A DNA stretch of 61,881 nt, counting the filler, from Choristocarpus tenellus KU-1152 (taxonomy: Eukaryota; Protista; Phaeophyceae): NCBI GenBank assembly GCA_964200185.2. It is 9 parts of 9 records of this genome, joined end to end, with 100 filler letters (N's around TTAATTAATTAA, not from the genome) between each part and the next. Parts side by side here need not be neighbours in the genome. Positions count along the whole stretch, not along the records: positions 22,523 to 35,103 come from CAXNAD020001778.1; positions 35,204 to 40,633 come from CAXNAD020010805.1; positions 40,734 to 44,067 come from CAXNAD020020737.1; 6 more parts are not named here. One strand, 5' to 3'. The translations under genes and the position numbers were made by a program. Shown here one piece after another: positions 29,828 through 43,620 of this stretch. Positions within the stretch are counted from its first letter, which is position 1. Each line of letters starts with the position of its first letter. The notes beneath the pieces are model-generated. The model saw nothing but the letters and a program-made list of their open reading frames with translations, was not told the origin of the DNA and did not search any database.

Positions 29828-32800
29828 ATGATGATGGCACTGAAGACACTAGTAATGATGGGCGTTGTCGCCCTGGCGTGTATCATGGGAGCGTCGGCGT
29901 TCGTTTTACCGACGTCCTCAGTGGGTTTCCGTGGTCAACCTGCAACGATCAAGGCTCGCCCAGCCTCAACATCCAGTAAGAGCTCACTTAAGGGCCCCTC
30001 GCTTGATGGTTACAGACTCTGTTTGGCTAAGTATGATCATTTTGTGCTTGTGGTTGTATCAGGTCTGCACCTGATAATACGGTTGCTCCGTTTGGACGAG
30101 TATGAGTGTGAGGTTGTGGGTGAAGGGTAGTCATTGTGTTAGAGGCAGCAGGATGAACTCTTGCCACTCACGCACAACTTCACTCATCCATGCTTCTCGC
30201 TCTCTTTCATGCGCGTTAATGAACACACTTGGCATCAATGGATCAGCTTCCGCCCTCAAGATGGCTTGCAGACCCAACGCCAAGAAGGACAAGGTGATCA
30301 TGTTTTGAACTAAATGCAATTATTAAACGGTCTTTTAAACCTGTAGGAGGCAGAGGATGAAACCTTGCTAGCTTAGCTTTTATCTATTACTCGGTGCTGT
30401 AGGTTGCCTTTATAGGTTGCCTTTAAAGGGTGTCTTACTGCCGTTAATTTCCCAGATACATCGAAAGGGGATGACACGTCATCTATTGTATGGTCAATCC
30501 ATCTTGTGTCAACCGAAGGTGATATGGATGAGGCTGTAGTCTTTTTCACTTCCTAGTAGGATCTGGGTGCACTGTGAAATATACTGGAAATAATCAAAGG
30601 GAATGGATGCTTCGCTTTTTCGAGGCTTTTAGTGTGTAGATCGTAACTTGCCCAAAATAAAGTTGAAGTTGCCAGCAGTGCAGTCAATATTCCCATCTGA
30701 AAAGATAAGATGTGCTAGCTGTTCACAGGGGACTGGTTCGATCACTGCCACAGGCATTATGGTCGATGTGTACCCAATGGTCCCTTTCCCTGTACATCAG
30801 ATTGTACGGAGGGCTTGCGATGTGTTAATACAAGTCACCTGTAGATGCAGTACATCATTTTGTCTTTTTGGCTCTTGAATTGTTGCTGTAAATTTAAGTT
30901 GCAGATCCAGAGAGTTGCTGTAGGAGGAAGTTTGGTGTAGACATCAAGACTCAACATATCATCAACATATCATGAGTGATAACACCAGGGTGCCGCTTGT
31001 ATTATAAAATGCTCAATACCTGAATCACGTCTTTAGTTCCGATTTATCAGAGTGCTGTGTTCCTTACTAGCATGTGACTGTTCTTTTTAGAATTCATTGG
31101 TCCCCCTAGTTGATGGAATTACAAGACTCAACGTCCCTACTGTTAATTAGTAGCCTGATTTGTGTATTTCATCTTGTCTCAATGACAAGCACATCATTGC
31201 GAGATTATTGATTTGCAGTATGTGTGCACTGTCTATGAAACATTCATATTTGTGTCTTTGACATCTGTGAGTCAGAGGCAAATTTTGGTTGTGTTGCTAC
31301 CTGCAACATAGGTCAGTGTATCGCATCTTAAGGAAAATTAGGCACTGTACAATCTCAGTAACTGATGTGTGGTTTGAAGATTGACACAGCATTTGTGTTA
31401 ATGCATATGTAGGAAAGTTGTTGGTACAAAGTGTGGTAAGATGTTTTGGCAATTTGTTGATACGCTAGTTTTGTGCGTTCTATGTGAACACCAGATTGTA
31501 CGAATCACAATAGCATTCTTGATCCCCTGGACCAAACATTAAATGAACTTAGGATATTTTGAGGCATGGCGGATGTTTTGAAGTACTGTGATGTCTGCTG
31601 CATTGTTGGAGTATAATATGCATATCACAGAGACACCTCTGCTAAGGAGTGAGTCTATTCCCTGAGCAAGACAAATCTATGTACCTAATTTTTATTTTTT
31701 CAAAGAGCAGAGCAGAGCAGGTGCTATAGTTTCTAACCTCTTTGCCACTTTCCATTATCCGGATTGGTTGCTTGATGCTTGAATACAATGCAGATGAAGC
31801 GGAACCGGGACAACATGCGCAAGTTCACCAAGGTATGCCAATTAATGCACTTACACCAACTGGCAGTCAATTGCTGCTGAAGTTGACACCAGTGGTGACT
31901 CCTGTCAATTAAATGTTTTATTTTCTCATTGGGTATAGTAGTGATAGCAATTCGGAGCACTTGTAATGCTGATACTGGGAATGCAGGATTGTACTTTGTT
32001 CAAGCATTTTTTCTGTAACATACATTTCACACCATGGAGAATCTGATGTCACAGGGTGATCAATTGCTGGTTTGTTCAAAATGTATGGTTGATATGGTAT
32101 TCTTGTTACTCTTGAAGTAAAATAATTAAATATTTGTCTGAGTGTTACATGTGTGCATTTTTGTGTGTTCAGTATTGTGCGGTTGAATATTGTGTCCTCG
32201 AAGTATCTTTGGAAGGAGTCACTTGTTACCCCATAAATTTATCTTGATCAACTTGATTAGTTGGGGAACAATGTGCTTGCCCATTCCACCCCATTGTGGG
32301 GTGGGGGCCTTGCTGATGAACCTATGTGGATGTATTTGATGGTAGTATTTTAGTCCTTAATGCAATGGGGAGGGTTTGAAGTATTTGCAGTAGCATGGTA
32401 GACAAAAAAATTTGAAGATGTGTGTCATTTAACGAATGGTCTGTGAGGTGGATGGATGGCAATGTTTTCTTGTTTTTTGGGAATAATTCTGAACGGTTTG
32501 TTCTGTCAGGGTAGACTTTTGACTAAACTTGTGCATCTCCCCTGCACCCTTTGTATCAAGGTTGAATTCTCTACTTGAACAACAAATAGTATTAGTTGGA
32601 TGGTTCAAAATTCTGGCTGTAGGTTACGGTATTTGCAGGTTGTGTTAAGTTGTTATTTCTACGTCTAACCATCCCCACCTCCATCGGTGACCTTGGTGTC
32701 CCTATCTGTAGGGAACAGCGCGTAAGAAGGTTTTGAGGGAGGAGCGTGCTGAGGCTGCTGCTGAGAGGGAGGCTGCTTACTTGGCCAAGCTGTTCACTAC

Positions 32801-32840
32801 GGGAATGGATGATTGGGAAGTGGATGATGACATCTGGTAG
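29828..32840 (+). CDS. Small plastid-targeted protein (120 aa). Exons 29828-29975, 30247-30293, 31794-31832, 32712-32840
   Basis: MMMALKTLVMMGVVALACIMGASAFVLPTSS... (signal peptide + ASAF motif) ...SALKMACRPNAKKDKMKRNRDNMRKFTKGTARKKVLREERAEAAAEREAAYLAKLFTTGMDDWEVDDDIW*. Exon phases fit. Confidence 0.85.
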
Positions 32841-33739
32841 ACTTAGCCTGCAATGGAAGTGAAGGTTCTTTAGATGTTTGTTTAGGGGGTTTTGTCCTCA
32901 CTGCCCCAATTGGTGGTTTGGGAATTGGTACCACCTGCGCCTCAATTGAGGAGATAACAATACAGCCGATTTGATGTTTGTTGAGTGAAGTCCTTACAGA
33001 AATGATTGTTAGGGAAAACGACAAGATTATATATTCAGATAAACAAAATAGAACTTGTCCACTCTTGTGCTTCATGCGAGCTCAATTAGGTCCTGGAGGT
33101 ACATGTTATCGGGGTAAGTGGGCACATTGAGTAGCCATGATATTCAGCTATGCTTGATGGAGAAATGCCTTTCATCCAATGGACAGAGTACCATTGTGTT
33201 TGCGAGGTATGTATCTGGGTTGCATCACATTTACTCTTGCTGCTCGGTCCGTGTTACTTTTTTGTAGAGTGCACCTAGCATAGAGGGTAACAAGCAGACC
33301 TAGAAGAGGGCCTAGTGGAAGTCTTCATTCCCTACAAAGTTGATCACTGTGAAAAGTATCATAACTCAAGCCGTAACAGTCTTTTCGGAGGTAACTAAAA
33401 ATGGGCTTGCCTTCAGTCTGCTCTCCACACTTTGTTACTTATCTAGAAATGTCTAGATATCCAGATCTTGGTTTAGTGTTACTTTTTCCTAAAGTGAGCA
33501 AGGACCTGTCACATACACACATATTATGTCATGAATGGTGAGACTATGTATCAAAGTAATAAATTTAGAGTGCTGCGATGTAACACTTTAGAAAATGTAA
33601 TGCTCCACACTTTGACCCTTTGTGTTTCAAATTCTTGCCTGTTTCCCTTCCATTGGCAATTGTTTTGAGCACTTCAACCCATTTGTTGTCTGAATGTTAT
33701 TGAAGCAGTGTTTTGTGTCATTTTTATTTTTAGACATCA

Positions 33740-34620
33740 TTCAAAAATGCCTGGAAAAACTCAGCTCGTTCTCTCTTTTCCCCAGGACAGTAGTTGTGTC
33801 CATTTGTTCTGAGTGTTTGTGATCTGGACAAAGGTTTGCAATTAAAAATGCTGATGTGTTTTGTGAGGTGTGCAACGTCATGATAATGATTATGAAGTAT
33901 TCAATATGAATTTTTACAGCATCAAACAATACTTAATGCTATAATAGCATAGCAAGTGAAGTCTGTACAGGTGAAGCATATATTTGCTTGTAGAAAGGTT
34001 CAGTACGTCAAGTGGAATAGGAGCCTCCATGATCATTTACATTTCCCAGGTGTAATGGTAGAGATAATTGAATGGTGATACCAGTGCTACTCTGTTTTGT
34101 GGCAGCATGCTGTTTGGTTTTCCATTTCCAACAGGTCGCTACATAAAATGGCATTCCTGTTTGCTTCAGGTTAGTAAAAGAAGCAAATGAGCAGAAAGTA
34201 TATAACTTTCTTGGTTGAGGTCCTGTAGGGCGCGTATGGTGTACATCATGTTGCACTGTTAAGTGTTAGACCCGGAAATATTTTCCTCATGGAGAAGCTA
34301 TCCTGCCCCAGGTAATAAATGGCCCATTCTCTTGTCCTAACAAACCTTGAGTAGCACTTGGCAGCATATGCCATGAATGAGATGCCCCCCTGTAGCTATC
34401 ATGCATCCATTTGATCCTTCTTCCTACGGAGTGCATTGGTAATTAATTGCATCCTTCCAATCCTGTGGCACATATTCCTGGTCTACACAGCCAACACAAT
34501 TTCCTTGTGGAAACTCTTAAGGATAATATCATCCCTCATCTAGGTCAGCTTTCAGGACCTCTTGTGGAACCATGTTTTCTCCCATGATCCATTCCACATT
34601 TCCTGAATTGCTTCGGCCAC
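33740..34620 (-). mobile_element. Degenerate RTE-type LINE reverse transcriptase
   Basis: Remnants PQEVLKAD, VPQDWKDA, GISFMAYAAK and MMYTIRALQDL, with frameshifts. Confidence 0.65.
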
Positions 34621-34719
34621 TTTCAGTTGTAGTGTTGGATTCAACTGGATGGTTGGTTGAAGGGTCTGGCATTATCCGTGTTAAGGTTGACCAACTGGTC
34701 ATGGAGATGTACTTAAAAG

Positions 34720-34945
34720 TATCCCCTCCATGGCTCATGGCGGGCGCTTGCTCTTTGAATAAATTGCTAGATTTGACATGGATATGGTGGGGCAAGGACC
34801 TTGAGTTGATTCAGAATCTGCACATATCAACGCCTATGTGATGGGTGTGATCCCTCCACGGTTCATGGCGGGCGCTTGCTCTTTGAATAGATTGCTAGAT
34901 TTGATGTGGATATGGTGGGGCAAGCAACTCGAGTTGATTCAGAAC
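34720..34945. repeat. Direct duplication of ~100 bp
   Basis: CCCTCCAxGGxTCATGGCGGGCGCTTGCTCTTTGAATA...GAGTTGATTCAGAA occurs at ~34722 and again at ~34851. Confidence 0.9.
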
Positions 34946-35342
34946 TGGCAACAGTGGATTTTAAAAATTGAGGATGGTTTTGACCGAAAATGGTGCAGAA
35001 AAAGTGCCAATATTTTTTTTTTTTGTAAATTGTGCGGCACTTTTTAAGGGCCCCTTTTTGAATGGGAATCCGTGCCGGATGTGTTAGTAGTACAGTTTGT
35101 GGGNNNNNNNNNNNNNNNNNNNNNNNNNNNNNNNNNNNNNNNNNNNNTTAATTAATTAANNNNNNNNNNNNNNNNNNNNNNNNNNNNNNNNNNNNNNNNN
35201 NNNAAGTTTGCACTTGCCCAACATTAACCTCGTACCCTGGGTTACGGTTCGTCCTTGTTCGTGTGGTCCGTCTTGCCCGGTGATTCTCTTCACCACCGAT
35301 GCCTGAGCGAACCACGCCGCCACAGAATCACATGATTCACAT

Positions 35343-35400
35343 TGGCGACACCGGTGAGATTCGAACTCACGTGTGTGAAGCACACAAACTTAGCTGGCTT
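35343..35400 (-). pseudogene. tRNA-Ser(GCT)-derived fragment (5'-truncated; possibly a SINE head)
   Basis: Minus strand AGCCAGCTAAGTTTGTGTGCTTCACACACGTGAGTTCGAATCTCACCGGTGTCGCCA: GCT anticodon, long variable arm, T-arm GTTCGAATC, 3' acceptor strand plus CCA. The D-arm and 5' acceptor strand are absent. Confidence 0.65.
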
Positions 35401-35842
35401 GCTTCAACTTGGATCTATATTGTGTAGTAAGAAAGTTTGCATTCCGATATTCCTCGATAATAATGACGAATGACAAAAGCATACAAAATAAGTCAGACGA
35501 AAAACTTCTAAAATAATATGAACCAGTTATAAGTGGGTTGTTCATAGATGGACTTTGATCATATGGTCCTTGAGGATTGGAATCTTGAGGCAAAATGATA
35601 CTCCAACCTCTAAATGATAGTCTTACTCTAATATAATAAAAGGTAAACATCCTTTCCACATCTTCATTGAAAGGAATGATGACATCATGATATTTCAAGA
35701 TAATGTAGATATTGTTTGAATAAAAAATTGGAGGGGTGAATTCAACAGAGAAAGTTCGATTGAAGGTCGATGGTGGACTTTCTCTAGTTCCTGTAGTTCC
35801 AATGACTCTGGACTACGAAGAGAAACGAAGGAGGGCAAATTG

Positions 35843-38800
35843 ATGGCTTACTCTGCGAGATCTTTAGAACACTGTTTGCCTATTGGGGAGTGAGCATAGG
35901 GTGAGACGTGATTTCAGGACTCCCAATATTGGATAGGGAGTGTTCTTCATGGGGTGTATAGCGTCAAAGGGAGAAACCCTTCAGAGTGAAGGAGAGGACT
36001 TATCTATCTTCCAGCGCCCCAATAGGTATGTTGGCGGGCCTATTATTGTGGAAGTTGCCAACGCGTTTTCTACTCATAGACTATGCACAACTTGGATTGA
36101 TCTTCTCCCTCCACCTTACACGGTTGCTGGTGGATAACGTCGATCATTCTAGGTTGTCTTCACTACGAGCCCAAGAAGTTCTCACCAACCAGCTGGTCAA
36201 CGAGGGTGAGAATTGCGGGTGGAGTTGGGAAATGGGTCAGTCTATCAATGCTGACCTACGTGGACTGCGTTACAAAACCTTGCTTTGACTTGAGATGTAA
36301 CTCCCCATTCTCGACTGGTCGTCGAGATAAGCATTACGCGTACCTGTTGTATTTGACACCATTTGTGTTCCCTGGTGTGTTCCTGTGGTAGTTGCTCTCT
36401 CCTGACTGCTCTCTCACTCGTCCATTGTCGAAACTCACCTACATACCCTACCTTCCACAAACCTATCGTGCTCAGTGTTTGATGATATCCACGACGTCTA
36501 TGACTTCACTGGACCAGTGCTCGGTCAGGGTGCTTTTGCAACTGTAATGTGTATTCAGGACAAGAGGTCGGGTGCGGAGTACGCGGTGAAGCAGGTAAAT
36601 GGGGTGATCACCCCTCACCTCTGGGTAGAACCTTACCGTTTTTGGAGGATGCTCAATGCATCAACACTGGCATCGTAGTGGTAGACGCCCTCACAGTGGT
36701 TGGATAATATACTTTGTTTTTTCCAATGATCATCTGAAGTTGGTCGAACCGTATCCATAGTAATCTTTGTTTGATTGGTCCTTGGTCTTGGCGAGGTGTC
36801 TGGTTTTCTAAACAAAAGGCTAGTACAAATCACAAGAAGCAGGTATAATAGTAGTTTGTCAGGCATAAATTTGAAAAGGTACAAAAAGCTTCACAATTAA
36901 TCCAATCGATGGGAGACAAGCTATCTAACTATGCTGTACTGTTGTACCATATTGAAAAAGTATATTTATCGTAAGGCATATTATCTGCTTGTCTTCAATG
37001 GGTACATTGCCCTACATTGGTTATGATTTGTTCACAGTGTATATACTCTGAATAGGGTAGTGTACCTTTCCGTTTTGCGGTGCGGGAGCTCTTCTCTATG
37101 AACATGCAGCATAGTTCGCTACAGCCTAAAGTATGCACAATGTGAATATTTTGAATGCCTTACTCCCACATCTACCGGCAACAACATAGTTGGCAGCATA
37201 CAACTGTATGGGGTAGGTATTCCCACTGATTCAGCCCATGAAAGGATTGCATGAGATATCAAAGATTGTGGATTTTCGTAATTCACGTCCAAAACTGTCG
37301 GTAGAAATAATGCTTTATAAGACACTTAAATGTGTTCGTGGCAATTTTAGGAACGCTTAGTGATTATACTTCGAAATATGAATATGTGATAATTCCAGAT
37401 GAAAATCTCTCCCCCCCCCCCTCCTGAAAAAACAAAGAAAATATAGAAAAATAAATTTTAATAGAACTAAAAAGTGACTCTGTATGCAATATTTCAGCTT
37501 TGAACAACATTTACTGTCAATTTATTTGCAACTGAGTGTAGGGACTGGGCACACATTTTAGAAACATAAAGAAGAATGAAATGATCTGCTTCTAGCAAGG
37601 GAAGAGATTGACAAACAATGCTGTAACCATCTGGGCAGGAAAACACATTGTCCATGTGTAAGCTCACATCTGATGAAATGTGTCCAGGAAGCCATGACGA
37701 GTTAGTATTTTCCATTTCTCCTCTTCATCCGTTTGCTTGTATTCTCCCCCCCCCCCTCCCCTGACTTTCCTCCTTTTCCCACTCTCCTCCATGCCATACA
37801 TGGATTGCAAATAACCGGTGCTGATTGTGTCTCATGTCATGTTGATTGGCGGTTGCACTGGTGCTGGGGACTTGGGTTTGGTTGGAAATGTGTGTGTGTT
37901 TGTGGTTATTTGGCGATCATATGGGTGCTAACTAACCAGATGGACCTCAGCTTGATCAAAGATGATGCGTCATCAATGCATATGCTAAATAACGAGATCA
38001 AGACTATGAAGCTCTTGTCTCACCCCAACATTGTACGCCTTCAGGAGGTGAGAACCACCATAGCAATCGCCCCTGAAGCTGCACCGAAGCACTACTTTTT
38101 CACAGAATCACATGCACCCCATGATGGATACACCCCTACTGTTGGCCAATCATCCACCTCCATTAAATGTTGAAGAAATGATAAATTTTACGACAGTTGA
38201 GGACCTGGCACAACTATAGAGAAAAGCACCCTTCTGTGTCTTGGCACACCCCACACCTTGAGAAGCTCTGGAGCGGGTCCAAGTAGTACGACGGTGGATA
38301 TGATATGTCTGAATAGTCAACTAAAGTGCTTGAGGTATAGAGCGGCCAAGGGTGGCTAAGCATACGAGGACAGTTGCTGGTGGATACCGTTTGGGCTCCA
38401 ACATGTATGCTTGGCTGGTATCACTTGTAGCATGATAGCATGATACTTGTATGCTGTGATACCCTCTAGAACATGTTGTTCTCTCTGGTTACGCACACTG
38501 AAAATCAGATTCCCCCCCCCCCAGCCCCACAAATCTCATGTCCTCCCTCAAGATTGATACGTAGATTGTTGCTTGGTCAGAATCCCAATGGGACTACTGA
38601 GGGTGTTACACCCTTGCCTTGTGGGTTTGAAGTAGGTGGGAAAGTTTAATTCCTTCGGTGTAGAAGGCTGCAATACGTCTATAATAATACACCTGTGGTG
38701 TTGTTCCTTACCCAATAAACATACATGTTTCTGTGTACAAAACTCGATTCCGCACTACTGTAACATATTACATGGGTGTTGTGATGATAAGTGTATTGTT

Positions 38801-39773
38801 CTAGTGAGGTCGTGAAGGGTCTTTCTTGTCCAGAAGAGCGCCTCATCCAGTCTGGAGAAAAGAGCTTGGCTTTCATAAAGACTGTGCGGCGTCTAAGACA
38901 CCGGTCAAGTGCCACCATGTGATGTGCACACTCAGTACAATATCTCTAACTCAACACTGGAATAGCTATGGAGTGCACATCCATAACACCTGGAATCCAG
39001 AAGAACATTGCAACTGTGCTCAACAGCGTCTACATGTCCATATATTGGCTTGAGTACATTTGCTCTACGTTGTCTGCTTTCTAGCACTAGGCTTGTGCAC
39101 AAAAGGGCTGAGCTCCATTTTTGTACAGTGCATGTTGTCCAGCAAGCACTTGAGCACATTCACCCCATAGCACTCATTGTCTGGAACAAGGACTGTGGTC
39201 CTCCTTGACTGCCTAGTTGTGCTGGCTCTATTTTTCGTCATTACCGGCCGTCGGTCTCTTGCCCTCACTTGCCATCATCTGTGTCCAGATCTACAGGCAG
39301 TTCCATGAGAGTGTAATATTTATAGAGTTGTCCTCTATTTCACCACAAGTCTTTAATGCCAAAGGAGGATTAGGTTTAGGGTTAGGTTTTTGCCAACTCG
39401 ATTGTTGGGTGGAGGATGCCAATGACCACTTCCTGGTTAGAGTTGAAGAGGAAGAGTTGGTGGATCCTTGATAATGAATTGAACCAGGAGACTATATTGT
39501 GAGTATATGAACCGCAACACAGCATGTGACAACACTCTGGCACAACTGCAACTGACTTTTCTCTCCTTTGTGCACCAAATTTGTATCAATCCCCCATTGC
39601 TCGCTTCTCACTTGTCTTGCTCCTGTGGTGTCTACGTGCATGGCAATGGGTTGAGGCCACTCCTGGACAGGCTGTTTATTTATTTATTTATTTATTTCAA
39701 GTTGCTTCCATGGTAACAGGAGTGCTCATCCTCTCCCATCTCCAGCAGTGACCGATCCATCATGCCTCCCTAG

Positions 39774-39836
<63 letters not shown>

Positions 39837-39837
39837 T

Positions 39838-39877
<40 letters not shown>

Positions 39878-39914
39878 GTGTTGGGTGTGGGGAGGTGGGA
39901 GNNNNNNNNNNCGC

Positions 39915-39949
<35 letters not shown>

Positions 39950-40218
39950 ACCACCCCCACCCCCCGAATCACATTCTCCACGTGATATTTTTGTTATTTT
40001 TTGCCTCTCTTGAACGCTACGATCGTTGCACAATTTTTCTTTTCAAGGTGTATCAACCTAAGGACAGGAGCATGTTGTACCTGGTTCTTGATCGGCTCTC
40101 TGGGGGAAGCGTGAAAGAAATGCTCAAGGAGCAGGGGCGCTTTGAGGACGAGCATGCTGCGCACATCATGACGCAGATTGCCCACGCCATTGTTCATTGC
40201 CATAGCCTGGGGATCGTA
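35843..40218 (+). CDS. CAMK/CDPK-like Ser/Thr protein kinase, N-terminal part. Exons 35843-35889, 36153-36205, 36476-36594, 37940-38047, 40048-40218; continues beyond the contig
   Basis: LGQGAFATV (Gly loop), YAVKQ (VAIK), NNEIKTMKLLSHPNIVRL, LYLVLD..SGG and AIVHCHSLGIV (just before HRD). Exon phases are consistent. Confidence 0.9.
38500..39300 (-). mobile_element. Possible decayed non-LTR retroelement in a kinase intron
   Basis: Weak remnants such as TLSSPIG (cf. LGxPIG); heavily interrupted. Confidence 0.2.
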
Positions 40219-40733
40219 GTGAGTATACAGTAATTAGAGGGGAGAACTGCTGCAGGCCTGCCTGGTTGGCGGTCCTGAGGGCTCGTTGTGTATGTGTGTC
40301 CTTGAAAATGTTTGTGCTGGTGGGGTGATGGGCTTGAGGTTTGTGTGTGTGGGTGATGGTGGGTGGGTGGGTAAACATTTTACCACAGGGGGATGATGAG
40401 GTGATCTTAGGGGACTCTCTCGACACGCAAAGAATGCACAAGGTGTATGCAAGGAAGGAGCCTATGTCGAAACTGAAGAGATAGAAGTGTTCAGGTAGTT
40501 ATGTTTTTGTGGCGAAATTGAAATATTAATCTGAGTTTTGAGGGCTAGCATTTTGTCCGGTGTGTGCTTTGATGGATTTGGATGCAGGGATGATGCAAAT
40601 AGACAGTGGGGAGGAGTCTTTTTTTTTTTGGGANNNNNNNNNNNNNNNNNNNNNNNNNNNNNNNNNNNNNNNNNNNNTTAATTAATTAANNNNNNNNNNN
40701 NNNNNNNNNNNNNNNNNNNNNNNNNNNNNNNNN

Positions 40734-40794
<61 letters not shown>
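40734..40794. repeat. (CA)n microsatellite at contig start
   Basis: About 30 CA units. Confidence 0.95.
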
Positions 40795-40795
<1 letters not shown>

Positions 40796-40843
40796 ATGGT
40801 GACTGGTTACCTTGACTCTTTTTCATATCCAATGCGCTTTCAG

Positions 40844-43033
40844 GTGGCTTGCTTTTCGGGCCTCCCAAAGCTGTGCTCCCTGACCCTATATCAAAACTCT
40901 ATCGGGGAGGAGGAGGAGGAGGAGGAGGAGGGCTTGAGGGAAGAGGGAGGTACGGTGGATGAGCTCGGTCCGTTTCCATTGCTGGAGTCGATCTCTCTGA
41001 GTGGGAATAAGATACGCTCGTGGGGAGAGGTGGACCGGCTCTCTACGCTGCCTTCACTGAAGTCGCTGCGATTCAACAACAATCCTGTCACTGCCGGGTT
41101 GGGGGCGTCAGAGGTTGGTAAAATCTAGATTACGGCCCGGTGCAGAACGTACACTTCATCACTCTACGTGCTTCATTTTTATTATTTTTATCATTATTAT
41201 TATTATTATTATTGTTTTTAATGTTTGAATAGTGTGGCCCGGTTGTGTGTGTGTCATGAGAGTTGTTTAAGTTAAGGGTAGAGAGTTCCTTTTTTTTTTT
41301 AACATGATTGACTGACTGTATAAGTTGGGGTTTCGTGTTTTTACCCGCTGTCTGTCCTGTATTGATATAGTGCTGTTCCACCAGGGAAGGGCAGATGGTG
41401 ATCCACTGACGGATGTTGACCTGCTGACCCTCTCGTGTTGAGTTCGTTTTGAATAGAGTGTTCTGTGACCTGCTCTATTTCCGATTCCTATTTGCATCCC
41501 TTTTGTGAGGTGTTGGGGCGGCGCATGGCGCGCGCGCGCGCGGGGGGGGGGGGGGGGGGGGGGGGGCCGGTTGGGGGCGGGGGGGGGGGGGGGGGGGGGG
41601 GGGTGAGTGTCCATTTGGGGGACACCTAGAGAGGGTAGAGGTCAGTGGGATTGGTTTGGTGTGCAAAGATTGGATTTTAGGGATGCTCTGTTTTGGTACA
41701 TACCAGGGTCAGGGTTAGGGTATGGTTTGTGTGTTGGCTAGCCTGGCGCAGTGAATCATGTCAGGTGGACGGACCCTCCCAAGATTGTCCCAACTACACA
41801 TGAGAATAAAGGTGTGTGTTTGTAGGTGTGAAGGAGTTCAGTCCTACACCATCCCAACTGCCGGAGGATGGGTGTTGTGGGGGTGGGTGTTGCGGAATCA
41901 ATGAGCGCCCAGCCTCTTGTGCTTTTTTGTTTAAGTTGGGTTTTTGATCCGTAGGTTGTGGCTTGTGTTTCCCTCCTTGGGGCAAGGGTGGTCGCAGGAG
42001 GACAGCAATCGGTTTGTTTTCTGGAGCTGCTGGGTATCTTCAACGTATTTTGTCTTGTGGTGTGTGTGGAAATGTATCTGTGTATAATGAATAATGTAAT
42101 CGAGACCGCAGCAGGTATTATTTAACTATTATTCTTGCTTTGGTTGCCGGCGTGACTATACTAATAGTTAACTTAGTTGGCAACTTGGATTTGATTGACT
42201 TGGAACAGAGATTGGATAGGTGGCGAAAGTCCATACGGAGCAGGTTGGGTACAAGGTTTTGTGTCTCCGTTAGTAGTTCACAGGCACCGAGTTTGTTCTT
42301 GGAAATTCGTTCCCTGTGAATCTGAGATTCCCATGTTGAAATTGTACGAGTTAGCCTCAGAGTGGTTTTTTAAACAAGGACAAATTAGCTCAGTAGTGCA
42401 CTGCAGGAAGAGGTGCGGCACCAAGGCGGGCTTAACGTGGCTGAAAGGAGAGGGGTCCTGACTGATTAGAAAGTAGGGTCCCCTTCTGTCTTTTTCAGGC
42501 TACAGTAGTGATGGTAATGGAGATGCTGTTAGTGGGTGCACAGTGTAGTATACTGTAGGGGTTTAAAGCTTCCATGTGTGGAGATCCTCTGACAGATTTG
42601 CTGGCTTAGTTGTTGACCAATCACCTTACAGGCGTGCGTATCCCATTCGTGCCCTTTTGTGTCTAATCAATCAGTTGTCTAATTACCCACAGTGAGCTAT
42701 ACTTTTTTTTATCTATACCCCGACCAGGAAGTCCGGATGTTGTGATCATTTTCTCAAAACACTTAATCAATCGATCGAACTATTTGCTATAAATATATTT
42801 TTTTAATATATATATATATATATACATAAATATAGTTTTTTTTAAGATTGATGATGGTCAGGAACACTTTTTTGTCTTTTTTTTTTAACAAAACAAAACA
42901 GGTGCGTTCTGCATGCATTGCCCGCCTGTGCAAGTTGGAACGGTTCAATGGGAGCCGGTGTGATGCCAGGGAGCGCAGTGAGGCAGAAAGACTTTATCTC
43001 AGGAGTGTCATGCGCGAAATTGAGGAAGTTAAG
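40844..43033 (+). CDS. TBCE: Tubulin-folding cofactor E-like LRR protein, two internal exons (40844-41113 and 42902-~43033)
   Basis: LRRs LPKLCSLTLYQNSI, FPLLESISLSGNKIRSWGEVDRL and LPSLKSLRFNNNP, then the LRR cap IARLCKLERFNGS...ERSEAERLYLR, typical of TBCE/TBCEL. Confidence 0.75.
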
Positions 43034-43392
43034 GTCTGTCTGTCTGTCTTGTACCCTGTAATGGCACTGTGTGTCTGCGACTGGCGGTGTTGTGAAAAAT
43101 AATATTAAAAAATCCAAGTTAAAAAAAAATAACATTTTTATAAGCGTAAATTAAAATCTCGCCTAGAAATTTGACGTTTGACCTAGAGCACTTATCCACC
43201 CCAGTTCAAAAATCAGAACAGAGAAGAAGGCTTTCAGAGACAACAAGAACAGGGGGGGGAATTGGGGATTGCCTCTCGGAATGACCCCCGCAGAACCCGG
43301 GATGTTACTTTTTTTTGTCTACGATGGATGATAGATATTGATAGAAGTTGAGGGTTGGGAAAACAAAAAATAGTTTTTGTTTTTTTATTGTT

Positions 43393-43620
43393 GAGTCGAA
43401 GTATCTTGGAGGGTAGGGCCGCGTCCGTTTGGGGGGTATAAATCCCATGTTTTGATTTTTACGTGGTTTGAGTATCATGTTTGTTAGTAAAAAAGTGTCA
43501 AGATCCTTGTTCCGGACACACCTTTTCATAGCAAATATATGTAATATATATAGTGGGAAGCCAAGCCCCAAATGGATGGACGAAGAGGGCAAAACTCGTA
43601 CCCTCTAAGATACTCTCACC
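43393..43620 (-). mobile_element. MITE family 1 copy, reverse orientation, internally deleted
   Basis: GAGTCGAAGTATCTTGGAGGGTA...TACCCTCTAAGATACTCTCAC. Confidence 0.82.

Noticed and set aside
39748-40033. Poly-Pro/Phe/Gly/Lys ORFs
   Set aside because: Homopolymer runs and a small N gap inside a kinase intron; probably low-quality sequence.
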